From Candidatus Heimdallarchaeota archaeon (lineage in GTDB: Archaea; Asgardarchaeota; Heimdallarchaeia; Heimdallarchaeales; Heimdallarchaeaceae): a stretch of 32,000 bases of DNA. How positions within the stretch are numbered: the first letter of the stretch is position 1; the number at the start of each line of letters is the position of its first letter. Positions 21,801 through 27,863 of this stretch are shown here, in pieces. The notes under the pieces are model-generated. The model was given only the letters and a program-made list of their open reading frames with translations. It made no database searches and was not told the DNA's origin. The stretch is from positions 39,542 to 71,541 of the forward strand of contig JAHLWR010000013.1 in assembly GCA_019057815.1 (NCBI GenBank), given 5' to 3'. The position numbers and the translations under genes were made by a program.

Positions 21801-24800
21801 ATCGAAAGATATTACTAATTGTCCAACTGACTGATCGTTATTGGGGTATAATATCTCATACATGTTTTTATGGATTGTAACAAATCCTTGTATACGGTTA
21901 GTAAACGGTGTAATATCGTAATACTGGTTATTAACACCTAAAGATATTGAGTTATTTTCTTCTATATCGTCTGTCATTATATCAATTGCTACAAACGGAT
22001 ATTCTGTTACATTTACGGGGTTGAAATTGATGTATAGTCTTCCTTCATCATAACTAGTATGGTTTACTCTTAAGATACCGTTTTCAAAACTGACATTTGT
22101 GTTAAAGGCTATTACACGTTTATCATCAAAAACATACATACTAAAGTAATATTCTTTAGTAAAAACATTTTCTACCCAACGTTTAGTAGTTGAATATTTA
22201 TCAAAGTCTTCAGCCCATCCAAAGTCTGATGTAGAATACTCATAATCTTCTTCAGCTTCGGAATGACTAGTAATATCTGTTGCTTGTAAGGATAATAATT
22301 GTATTGGAATACGTCTATCAATCATTATTATAACTTCATACAGTCCTTCATATCCTATTATAACGAGAGAATGACTATGGAAATCAAAATCATTATCTAA
22401 GAAAATAATTGAACCTACATATTGTGCGTCGTCAAGATTAAATATTCCATCGATTTCTAATAAGAAAATGTGGAAAGTAAGTCTTTCTGTTACGTTCTCT
22501 CCAACATAATAATTTGCGAGAGCAGTTAAATATAATCGTGTTTCGTTTTTTAGAAACATGTCATATGATGCTATAAAGTTTAGATCTTCAGGTGTTTCTC
22601 TTGTAATTATTGAACTGTTATCATATGAACTACTGCTACCCAAATCTAGATATTTGAGGCTAATAATGTTGGGGAAGATTTCATTAGTATAAATTGCAGA
22701 TTGTGTGATTCTTAAAGCGAATACATCAGAATTATGGCTTACGGGAATCTCATTACTGAGTACAATAAGAGGGGCAATAGGGATATAATAATCTCCACGA
22801 TATAATCCCAACAAGAGTTCAGAATCTTTTCTTCCAAATCTGAACCATATATCAGCATCGATAATACTATCATCAACATATTGAATGACTAAATACTCAC
22901 CTATATAGACATTAATGGTTAGAACATCAGTAGTAATTATTTCAACCTTAAACGCTATGTTGTAGGCGTTATCTAAGAATTCAAAAGTTAGATATCCTAT
23001 ACAATTATAACTAATTGTTGTGTTAATATGAGCGGTCATTAAAAAGTCGTCTACAAGAACCATATCTTTCCAGAATGTTCTTCCTTTTGGTACATAGGTA
23101 AACTGTGAGAAATCAAAGAGGGTTTTTAATCCTTCATTTAGTACATAAGGTATTTCATTAGTTGCTACATTTCCATAAGCATAAGTTGCAAAATCATCAA
23201 TTGTTGCAAAATCAGTACTATAATCAGGGGCTACAAAAGATGTGATAGCATTGAAAGGATGAGGATTATCAATAGGTAAGCTTTTTGTACAAACATATAT
23301 TGCATTAATACCCATTGTGTTCGTAACCGTGTTATTTCCCAGTGAAAGTTCTTTGATTTTTATCCTATCAATATAAAGCTGTTCAATCTCATTGGTATAT
23401 GTAAAAATTGTCTCAAGTTGGTTGGTTCCAGTTATGTCAGATAAAACTGACAATGTATTACCTTCTCTCATTATCCTGAAGACATTGTTATTTATATCAT
23501 TAGAATGTGAAAAACTATCTACAAGAACACGATTGATGAATAATGAGATAGTGACATGTCCTTGTTCTTCTCCTGTGAATCTAAGTTCAAAGAGATCAAG
23601 ATACTGCAAATGATCTTCTAAAATAATTGAAATTATTCCATAATTTTTATCTAACAAGTAAGTAAGTCTTGTATCTAAATAAAAATCTGTTTCAAAGGTA
23701 TAATCATATGCATAGACGTTTCCGTACCAATCTGTGCCATCTTGGAAAGGACGTTCAAAGTTAGTAGTAAGGTAAGTTGCATTTTGTAGGATGGTTTGAG
23801 AAGTATAGTAATTTATTCCTTTTATTTCCCAGTTTGAAAGATCAGAAAAGTGGTCATTTAAGATTACATATTCACTTTCCCACGGCGCATCGTATTGAGT
23901 GACAAGAGCATCTTTTAGGGTTATATCTCCTAACATCATTAATAGTGGTTCTGGGGACGCAAAATCAAAAGTAGTAATAATGTCAATGTTTTCAATTCTA
24001 TAAGGTTCGATGTTTAAACTTAGATGAGGTACTAAAATGTCTACACTGTTAATATTACTATAGAAAGTGAGTGTATTCCCTTCTTGTATCAAACGTAAGG
24101 AACTATATTGCAAAACTGTTTTTTGAATAGTAATAATGTCTGTTCCACTAGTAGAGTGTAAGCTTATTATTATTGAACTTCCAGTAAATTCTAGATGTAA
24201 ATAACTATTCATATTATTAAGCGAAATTGTCAGACTTCCAATCTTATCGATTGATTCAATATTTACACGGAAATCAATCATAAAATCATAATCGGAAGAA
24301 ACATTTCTAGAAAACGTTATCGCAATATTTTGTGTAAGAGTGTTTAAAGGAGTTATTTTCATGTAATTGTTCTCATTTGTTATCCCTATATCAGATACAT
24401 CACAGCCATCATATGATGTTAACCAGTTTCCTGCAATATATGAATTGTACATATTTTCTTCTAATACTGTATTTACAGCTGATTCCAATGCATTATATCC
24501 CGCACTATAATAATAACTGTCAACAAATAATGTATCTAGATAATAATTTGGATAATAATGATCATAAAATATCTCTTGTGATATAGCGATTGTATCAATC
24601 AAGAAATTTGTACTGAAAGTATGTTCCAGAATAGTTGTACTTCTATCCAAGTCAGTTATCTGTATTTCATTTTCGTTTTTCGTAATTCGTATTTTCTTGA
24701 AAATAGATGTTGTTATTGTTTCAGTATATAGGGTATCCTCATTTATAACGATTAGAAATTCTGTGGCATTGTCTGTATCAGATAAATCTCGAAATATTAT

Positions 24801-27800
24801 AGTGATTTTCTCATCTGTATTTCCAAACGAGATTTGTTGGATACCTATTGAAGTAGGATCTTCACTTCCTAAAATTATAGCTATAAAATCAATAATAATA
24901 TTTGAATCTAATTGTTGTTCATGACTTAAATATGTTCCATGGTATCCAGCTCCACTTTCTGATATCCAAAACAGATCTTTCCTCTTCAGTACATCATCTG
25001 CAAATTGAGTAGCGAGCACGTTATTTGATAAATCTACAACATTATTAGCATTAGCAGTTACATTCCAAGCGTCAAGTGTATTGAATGTTTCACTAATTAA
25101 TCTGTGGCGGAGCGTTGTATATCCAGCTTTAAATTCACATGATGCTGAGCCTAAAATAACGCGGAATATATCATATGTTCCAGCTCTGATATTGATATTC
25201 TTAATTTGTTGAAGTAGAGCAGGGGTATCTTTTGTAATTGTAAAAACAGTTGTAGAATCTACTTGGAAAGTTACAGTAGTACTTTCCTTCTTTATTGTAA
25301 AATAGTGACTATTGCCATCTGCAAGAGCAATTTGTTCCTCATGACCGTCTATTAAAATATAATAGGTATCAAATTTTCTTCCAACAACCAAGAAAGGCTC
25401 ATTGAAATTGTTTGTTAGTTCTATTTGAACAAAATCTTCGGCGGATATTGTTGTAAAATCAACATGTATTTGGAATGTGATATCTCCTGCTATGTTGACT
25501 TCTTTATTTAATACCATTCCATATTGTTCAGTTCCCATGTTTTCAATCAGTTTTATCTCTTGTAGTGTGCCATCGAGTTCATTGTATTCTACTTGTGTAA
25601 GATTCTCATCACCAAATCTTTCAGCTGTGAAGATATCAGATATTATTCTTGTTTGCCATAATGATTGCCATTGCTCTGTCTGTACATCCAGTTTTGGATA
25701 AAATATTTCATTTGTTGAATCAGTATAATCATAAGGTGATTCATATCCTGAAGGTTCGTCACCATTATATACTAACATATCGTTATCGATGTAAGATGCG
25801 GTTCCTCTTCTATAATAGTCCCATGCAGGTCTGCTTTGTCCAAAAGGTGTAGCTCCTGCAAAACCTAACTCATCGATATATATAGGCCAATTGAAAGTTT
25901 CTACTATTTCTATCGAGAGTATAGATGTAAACCTAATTGTTTCAGGGTTGATGGGACAGATTACTCTCTCAAATCCTTTACCATGCTCAATAACTGCTTT
26001 TGCAACAAGTGTTCTAGCTATTCCGTATCTATCTATATCATCTATATAGAAAGCAAGTGTAACATCCTCTGGTCCTTGATTCATCGCCCGTACGTGTAAT
26101 CTATCAGCTGCGTTAGGCTCTCTGCTTTCTACGATTAATGTAGTGGTCTTGACGATACTATTGTATCCCATAAAACCTACGTATCTTATTCCAAAATATT
26201 CATCATGGATAGAGATATATTCAGAATTTGATATGTAAACAGTAATACCTCCATTATCATAAATAATCTCTACATTGTATTCTTCGTTCAAGAGGATGGT
26301 TTCTTTTCTTTCATAAATAGAAGTATAACCACTCGGATATAGTCTCACCAATCTTATTTTGTCTTCTGTGGTAGGATCTTTAATAAATTGTAAAGCATAA
26401 CCACTATCGAAGATATTATCATAGTTAAATAATATTGAGAAGATTGATTCTGTTGTGGGATCATTTTGAACAAAGATGAAAGAAGTTGAAAGTCTGTAAG
26501 AGTCGTTCATTTCCAAAGGTAAATAGGCTTTTGTTTTGAAATCAGTATGTGTAGTATTAAGCATTAATCCCTCTTCTGATGTGCATTGTGTATAGTTTTC
26601 ATCATATACCCAGTTATCAAGATCGCAATCTGTGAAGTCTATATCATAAATGGGGATACTGTTTTCAAGCAAATAGGATATATATCCTCCATCTTTGTTG
26701 TTATCGACAAGTAGAACGCGGTTATTAACAACTCTTATTCCACTTTGATCTGAAGTGACATCAGCTAATGTAGTTATTTTTGTGTCATAAAGAGATTTTG
26801 AATATTCTTCAGCATTAATTATTTCTCCTGGGGAATATCGATAATCATTTATTGTTTCATCAATATACAAATAATTTAGTATTAATCCCGTATCTATTCC
26901 TGCTGTATTGTTGTACCAAGTTATTGCTAGTTCCAAACGGATATAATGCCCAGCCCACCACGATAAATCAATAGTATCCATTGTTGGATAGTAGTTTAAA
27001 TATTCAAATTCATCTACAATTTTGATGTTTTTATAGGGGTTGTCAGCATCGTAAATTGTCATCTCAATGTCATAGTAAACATATGGAGCATTCAATAGAG
27101 ACGAAAACAGATAGTTTAGTGTAGGTTTATATACGGAAGGTATTACCATATGAAAATCGAAATAGCGTTTGCCATAAGGAGCAACAGAAGGTACGTTAAA
27201 GATTCTTGCATTATGCTCTATTCCTTCTGCTGTTACTATACCATTTTCGCAAATGTAATCTTTTGCAGAAGGATATAGATCTTCATTAAAAGCTTTATCA
27301 TTTGTTAATAGGTCGTATTTGTGAAATTGGGGAGTATATATACTTACTTCTTTAATGTTTAAATTATAACCATTCTCGTCATTATCAATGATTTTGATGG
27401 TAAGATATTGAGTATTTTTGAAGATATAATAATCTATTCTAGCACCCCTTAGATGAGTGAAACTTTCTTTTGTGAAAAATATTTTGGAAGTATTGGTATC
27501 AGATATAATCAATTTATCTATTGGATCAGCACCATTTGTAGGTGTTTCTACGGTAAGTAGCAGCTCGCTTTCTCCATTCCAACTGCTAATATCAACAACT
27601 TTTGTAGCATAACCGTTATCTGGTATATGTAGGTTATCATACCATGTTTCAAGGTTATCGCCTTTCCAACCCAAAATAGATTCGTGAAAATATGAGTCTT
27701 TCACAAAATAATATCCATTATCAAATGTATTTGGAGTTGTAATTAATATTCCTGATACATTTGAAAACGCAACCAAAAAAATTAACACTGCTGCTAACGT

Positions 27801-27863
27801 TACTGTTACTAATCTTTTTGCTTTATAATTATAAGTGTCCATAATATTTTCCTTTCTTTTCAT
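9831..27863 (-). CDS. Giant (6010 aa) membrane-spanning surface protein of unknown function
   Basis: Single uninterrupted 18-kb ORF. N-terminal basic segment plus a hydrophobic anchor. About 4000 aa of Y/N/T/D/I-rich beta-type sequence with recurring jelly-roll/LamG-like module endings. A hydrophobic cluster at about aa 4023-4208, then about 1800 aa of K/E/L-rich sequence. Its start overlaps the upstream stop (ATGA). Confidence 0.85.
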   Translation of the reverse strand: MKRKENIMDTYNYKAKRLVTVTLAAVLIFLVAFSNVSGILITTPNTFDNGYYFVKDSYFHESILGWKGDNLETWYDNLHIPDNGYATKVVDISSWNGESELLLTVETPTNGADPIDKLIISDTNTSKIFFTKESFTHLRGARIDYYIFKNTQYLTIKIIDNDENGYNLNIKEVSIYTPQFHKYDLLTNDKAFNEDLYPSAKDYICENGIVTAEGIEHNARIFNVPSVAPYGKRYFDFHMVIPSVYKPTLNYLFSSLLNAPYVYYDIEMTIYDADNPYKNIKIVDEFEYLNYYPTMDTIDLSWWAGHYIRLELAITWYNNTAGIDTGLILNYLYIDETINDYRYSPGEIINAEEYSKSLYDTKITTLADVTSDQSGIRVVNNRVLLVDNNKDGGYISYLLENSIPIYDIDFTDCDLDNWVYDENYTQCTSEEGLMLNTTHTDFKTKAYLPLEMNDSYRLSTSFIFVQNDPTTESIFSILFNYDNIFDSGYALQFIKDPTTEDKIRLVRLYPSGYTSIYERKETILLNEEYNVEIIYDNGGITVYISNSEYISIHDEYFGIRYVGFMGYNSIVKTTTLIVESREPNAADRLHVRAMNQGPEDVTLAFYIDDIDRYGIARTLVAKAVIEHGKGFERVICPINPETIRFTSILSIEIVETFNWPIYIDELGFAGATPFGQSRPAWDYYRRGTASYIDNDMLVYNGDEPSGYESPYDYTDSTNEIFYPKLDVQTEQWQSLWQTRIISDIFTAERFGDENLTQVEYNELDGTLQEIKLIENMGTEQYGMVLNKEVNIAGDITFQIHVDFTTISAEDFVQIELTNNFNEPFLVVGRKFDTYYILIDGHEEQIALADGNSHYFTIKKESTTVTFQVDSTTVFTITKDTPALLQQIKNINIRAGTYDIFRVILGSASCEFKAGYTTLRHRLISETFNTLDAWNVTANANNVVDLSNNVLATQFADDVLKRKDLFWISESGAGYHGTYLSHEQQLDSNIIIDFIAIILGSEDPTSIGIQQISFGNTDEKITIIFRDLSDTDNATEFLIVINEDTLYTETITTSIFKKIRITKNENEIQITDLDRSTTILEHTFSTNFLIDTIAISQEIFYDHYYPNYYLDTLFVDSYYYSAGYNALESAVNTVLEENMYNSYIAGNWLTSYDGCDVSDIGITNENNYMKITPLNTLTQNIAITFSRNVSSDYDFMIDFRVNIESIDKIGSLTISLNNMNSYLHLEFTGSSIIISLHSTSGTDIITIQKTVLQYSSLRLIQEGNTLTFYSNINSVDILVPHLSLNIEPYRIENIDIITTFDFASPEPLLMMLGDITLKDALVTQYDAPWESEYVILNDHFSDLSNWEIKGINYYTSQTILQNATYLTTNFERPFQDGTDWYGNVYAYDYTFETDFYLDTRLTYLLDKNYGIISIILEDHLQYLDLFELRFTGEEQGHVTISLFINRVLVDSFSHSNDINNNVFRIMREGNTLSVLSDITGTNQLETIFTYTNEIEQLYIDRIKIKELSLGNNTVTNTMGINAIYVCTKSLPIDNPHPFNAITSFVAPDYSTDFATIDDFATYAYGNVATNEIPYVLNEGLKTLFDFSQFTYVPKGRTFWKDMVLVDDFLMTAHINTTISYNCIGYLTFEFLDNAYNIAFKVEIITTDVLTINVYIGEYLVIQYVDDSIIDADIWFRFGRKDSELLLGLYRGDYYIPIAPLIVLSNEIPVSHNSDVFALRITQSAIYTNEIFPNIISLKYLDLGSSSSYDNSSIITRETPEDLNFIASYDMFLKNETRLYLTALANYYVGENVTERLTFHIFLLEIDGIFNLDDAQYVGSIIFLDNDFDFHSHSLVIIGYEGLYEVIIMIDRRIPIQLLSLQATDITSHSEAEEDYEYSTSDFGWAEDFDKYSTTKRWVENVFTKEYYFSMYVFDDKRVIAFNTNVSFENGILRVNHTSYDEGRLYINFNPVNVTEYPFVAIDIMTDDIEENNSISLGVNNQYYDITPFTNRIQGFVTIHKNMYEILYPNNDQSVGQLVISFDKPTTFTIRKIEVYKIAKYNYLHTEESNENSYADIGYANNIDTAIVFLIGSAITPTREQQELNAVSFFKAKYPDVPIYYYYSEDANFPNWMKNTLRTSSKKYILVVFDELPTKLLEKYYYYDDYGRPFEKYLLQEWIERGNNLFWAGSEPFGKGIDDQGIVNPIDGDIVRKYLGEVINNTVVPDVIPTDIETNITTEGEMVGLQPYNPSWLVNYTAMPRYGGKLLAYYHNEEGVEYNITIHQGLELTNPLMFNNYWISGFVDSPISFINTIDSSVLLQIFMQFYLEPPSFDNVFGALLLHGPITLQKTFSFSKEYEQISLSASNYINVIIDNETIDFNIYDEKCLADYGVNNSINGFILQLNETFTAIYGISFIEKNTDMQREVYYFDSPEENIDTYLQMIEGGFSYSDAYNMLRGAGAAFLDTHPYENTIFELEMSVQPSTWIEGDIRTDVAGMMLELPTENIANSFYDGLFIGFKVVEDIDYTYPLYLVIMQYQGASDTYSLLFEQKIVNLGNSIDPGPNSVDNMNLQPLKLTIVKTITPSGQVRYDIYAKCYRVFGISEWDEVRAMQQANDGEYGMATRWFATSTSVTVQGYQASNIGFYSNRTNFFYNSLVIYPTSPEQTGDYISLDSGHTYMSIDGLWVDGQISTNYIDMKDVNYLVTLSNLFQNVWDTQTTRRVYIGVMNDLGHTCALAWDLGGFGYDILGEFAHVYFDDQASKNDEIFKIRIEIKENSDVVFSIYSEDDMGQSIVEEIFYHNNFMKPHLNGGTKVKLFIQTENTMVYIEEIRNGKFYTSPLTYSHGRGLQGAGEISYWLKGETEYSLKMFNSSISNSFIMGNYTESLGTFTTTFIANDTTNAVFTTTHNDNELFNIEIRDNILYFDNQSLDYQIYSGHIYTLTFNFNSSYQVLFIDDGTKEEKWEYDGTTINIDIGYTYHVSMSTTTGTLYLLEVSIGVINSDFSYKDLEGWSYNVDDNGLFTFSEDYFARKGILQLIVNPLYGPVNISVYGDDDQFLGYRCIDYNAFTTNHPVIIILDDFSIVGLHKYTLHFDNIVEFDKIALGKVKTITNFLYTSPSNPDILPSDAKYSVDLIDIPSVESVDVTLVNSLEFYYKIAEGDVLTVTLPLQASYMEDYNYYEKNLNLEIILANLYFTSTNFDPYDLNDTNYSGYHHIEYAVPIKDDNDWHYFSLNFMNLIAYISATQVGTEQSLNLLDVTNPYDYISNFYSVVKVKDFYVDGTHYTLSCSAGSSELKGFNLYAILPTINPSENTPSALLNTDSTWQPILSDDLGYINLKERLNLTFADVFAFDMTFTVLTEKESIGTLIINTNVEFSIDNPVSYQFSYDVANKYEEKEIKIPLNNLYGGYHTFIFRIHHTTFNDSSFNDYQPFFKVNIVLDKSFTLLKDSMKTVLDSNNFTFIPEWTVSNPDIYIDKTGEYFRNGDIDIPEWNGEYIPIYSNYSMSYFLTEWFEKAVPLAGDVIFNNITYNDMALGYSSITDYGTIEELGQIDSGFYSNDTQIVVSTTIRHLTEITPDLQYILHSNLNLSSFLAIYIDGFLIRQPNDFNASSFRNELLLADANGNFQFTMKPYDLTNTYNGDDISTTWHTAGFHTFVFVLNDLNAYNSLNFTLSIEGINEFISLVAQPTDYHIDLMDKLGQRRIFLALDEYTGGTNTFTYAPVDIARRSYSSKKYLMSYFYCDGLAIHTVKIVWIGVADYDETDGIGYAVFGYIYDQNTAHEYHEIQIQKVELQEMVPCSTTTQSNYQSINNLEVKNLQTQDLENIKLYTATTSGDTSINHDLLAVQENSYTMEITSVGTTLELNDVINIEYWNLFDEHYNTGPIDYLVLNITDNNVEGFNTTQFRITLQDRVITINLLTKELHVLYNGMYIAHFLNSLSVEFNNHYDGNFIFTSQVLLKLFSYDYVVPDERTVTPQSLLYAQQTLEDYLLNYDWEGAFLQFVKSSWNNFINYLRYNFYCPLKQFIDVLKSGELLDRWIENADEHFHIYAILGSIMLLTGGLMLYGNIQGRFLTFIVKKTFIIAGIMLVGMVILDMTGGPNWIASGLSAMFNTLKAKIVEFFSNPGKYILQFFRNVLVSAKVVFSKTKDFLISWGNRIKTSFINFWQKITAIFNLLKSFLTGELSFNDFMRTLGSLLKGDFTDWAEKKYYYLLRFILLLEWVFHIGGCTGIVSKEEYPYVQSNADMLLHLNYRAHNRENYNFGGENLFMVYLKTIANEIAKSEGVAIGGNEAAQVKYIAEVLRKTGFSVVISDSLGANISTVYVPNTKKLGVTNPNDVRNPDSLNQSADIVIYKVIGAEDEISYEMFFGMSDNFVIPGINLGTGLKESTFMTIMEMFLARFSITALWQDVRDAIFDPNNFFRGLAISQIPGDILMVLSDIDEPSHQAQDLLSKKIKNTKEWEFWKKEAVGKNIDFDNPSSWSQSDRMLLEYIEKLSPQNALSSLELGNTFKFGTRELLEFGTKLVGSFLQWGIFWPQTIYTTLLGTVMGLKEQLMWSAMSLLLKAKGMSSQRIVLITQKTQGTSSYKFLQAFAHNYWFHSMMEWMYDLGPAADILNDLAYYGGAESLEDLDHYEPPVTQSLVQKLLLTTNGRQPTLDEFRFDEDNRNRIAQELELKAKMEMLQLRPHFHNLITEQDGIDLLNKVKSGEITNLSDEDVRIIRDYFEITVDDLLKPAKAVNRFATNFIKFLDGENNAEKLTKLMKLEKVNGDTFLKIQMGSEEINLKIDPDTIQESGFYQTLLLINAQDNIKKILAKATIGVALNDDGSINKKICGDELEELIAISEGIKDTAIYQLLEEFIKMEKEIDNDAVFADGNSIGNEQYQLLFEHSMLDFGMYILTQIRNYLIGHKALAETQQLTLDLIGALFIMNCPQAKENYKARMTSQIRNIIKQGQRKVIAGIGNPFLSLELNPVTGEVTDVKNNLIGESKINTENILNKLFKSQSETRLSPTGADATSEGKTYFFIIKENEGVFSYKCLQVDSLIVHEYKVRQDHLRFNKKATNIVTTDRMTEEARKVFEELGVMDKIDSVDYVPTFDIPLGGTAGIRRIVESFQKTFGIYPDSTKSFTVDEFKRKIEEKSDELNINLGLLLKKWVLKQSIIALFQKEPSVQVDENGFIVFKLDDGTEVVYSIKSEKDSLSYFNHKQVAEQMKHTAEIEIFEGIKIVKGDGTIEYKKTITFTDTGTGEEVADTIKLSAYTGMFSSSVAKSNIVDLHYPNNKEIWLSSSIFHAQFNKDGVKYNRYYIIKKDGTTLVANTFTDLKDKIKNEYKNEEDLLTNPPIASVFYEKSNGNFKDTNEGNIIKTLAVGLEDKLLNGETTEPLGDVCLNFELEIFNTALLPKSNPNYSPHISNYLEILTSMTKIDDFRTYMDICNSKYESIRDDIKTMENSEQKYKMLMGAIERTVINPSIELLESDMLTKPMEKQYSQAYSDQSNTLNRFKDTTNVRIVGSAIHSAVQIIKNMVLYYKNIRQEKVSYVFSIQNTIQNSNGRGFVVEVTFRASPQGDYKYDLTNVITAINKLSFKDSIGESADGTTIIYINDILKYQSNSLIDQSKIEAINKLIQQNLDVGKDVIKEDGTIKNLTPKQDATKFLAVRFTEDSEGNKALYLSLSSLINALETLIGKRNSIEYRVDLQNLWNKNLQIKYGLELVNLKSPDGGRILLQSMPELKEALIEGCMYINKINYQRANNRINKIISINDLVDVLKIVFQQSRTVRINSLTYITRSIVAENDRSQGLNDILTVIMKFALELFEIMTDYGQIKPVDYTKYKFERFIFTLPSSIANYRKIWDKLHTEWMINTRNKKSKNQEVNVITEAFIENYITKMKNEGEIVDGSIEEIVLSVIKDIIENRKAMPVPLTVKKDENGNLISIKEEEKIFRELYDIISTQVEIDRIYTLDHVDYVKLYAKYSLITAYKTIMEIGGLTTRLELRQSVRNFINNLMKEVREGYYNTDIDFARMFAACINFRKVIRDYI
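15240..15797 (-). other. Transmembrane-helix cluster of the giant protein (about aa 4023-4208)
   Basis: HIYAILGSIMLLTGGLMLYG, TFIIAGIMLVGMVILDM and YYYLLRFILLLEWVFHIGGCTGIV, separated by K-rich amphipathic segments. Helix number and topology are not determinable by eye. Confidence 0.5.
27741..27812 (-). other. N-terminal signal peptide or signal anchor of the giant protein
   Basis: KAKR followed by LVTVTLAAVLIFLVAFSNVSGILI. Confidence 0.6.

Noticed and set aside
10705-25852. Plus-strand ORFs of 63-179 aa inside the giant gene (e.g. 10705..11067, 12124..12663, 12862..13104, 15361..15882, 17803..18084, 19398..19688)
   Set aside because: They are antisense shadows of an 18-kb coding frame. Their composition is low-complexity S/F/L/I-rich, they have no start context, and the longest ones sit opposite the K/E-rich part, where antisense stops are naturally rare.
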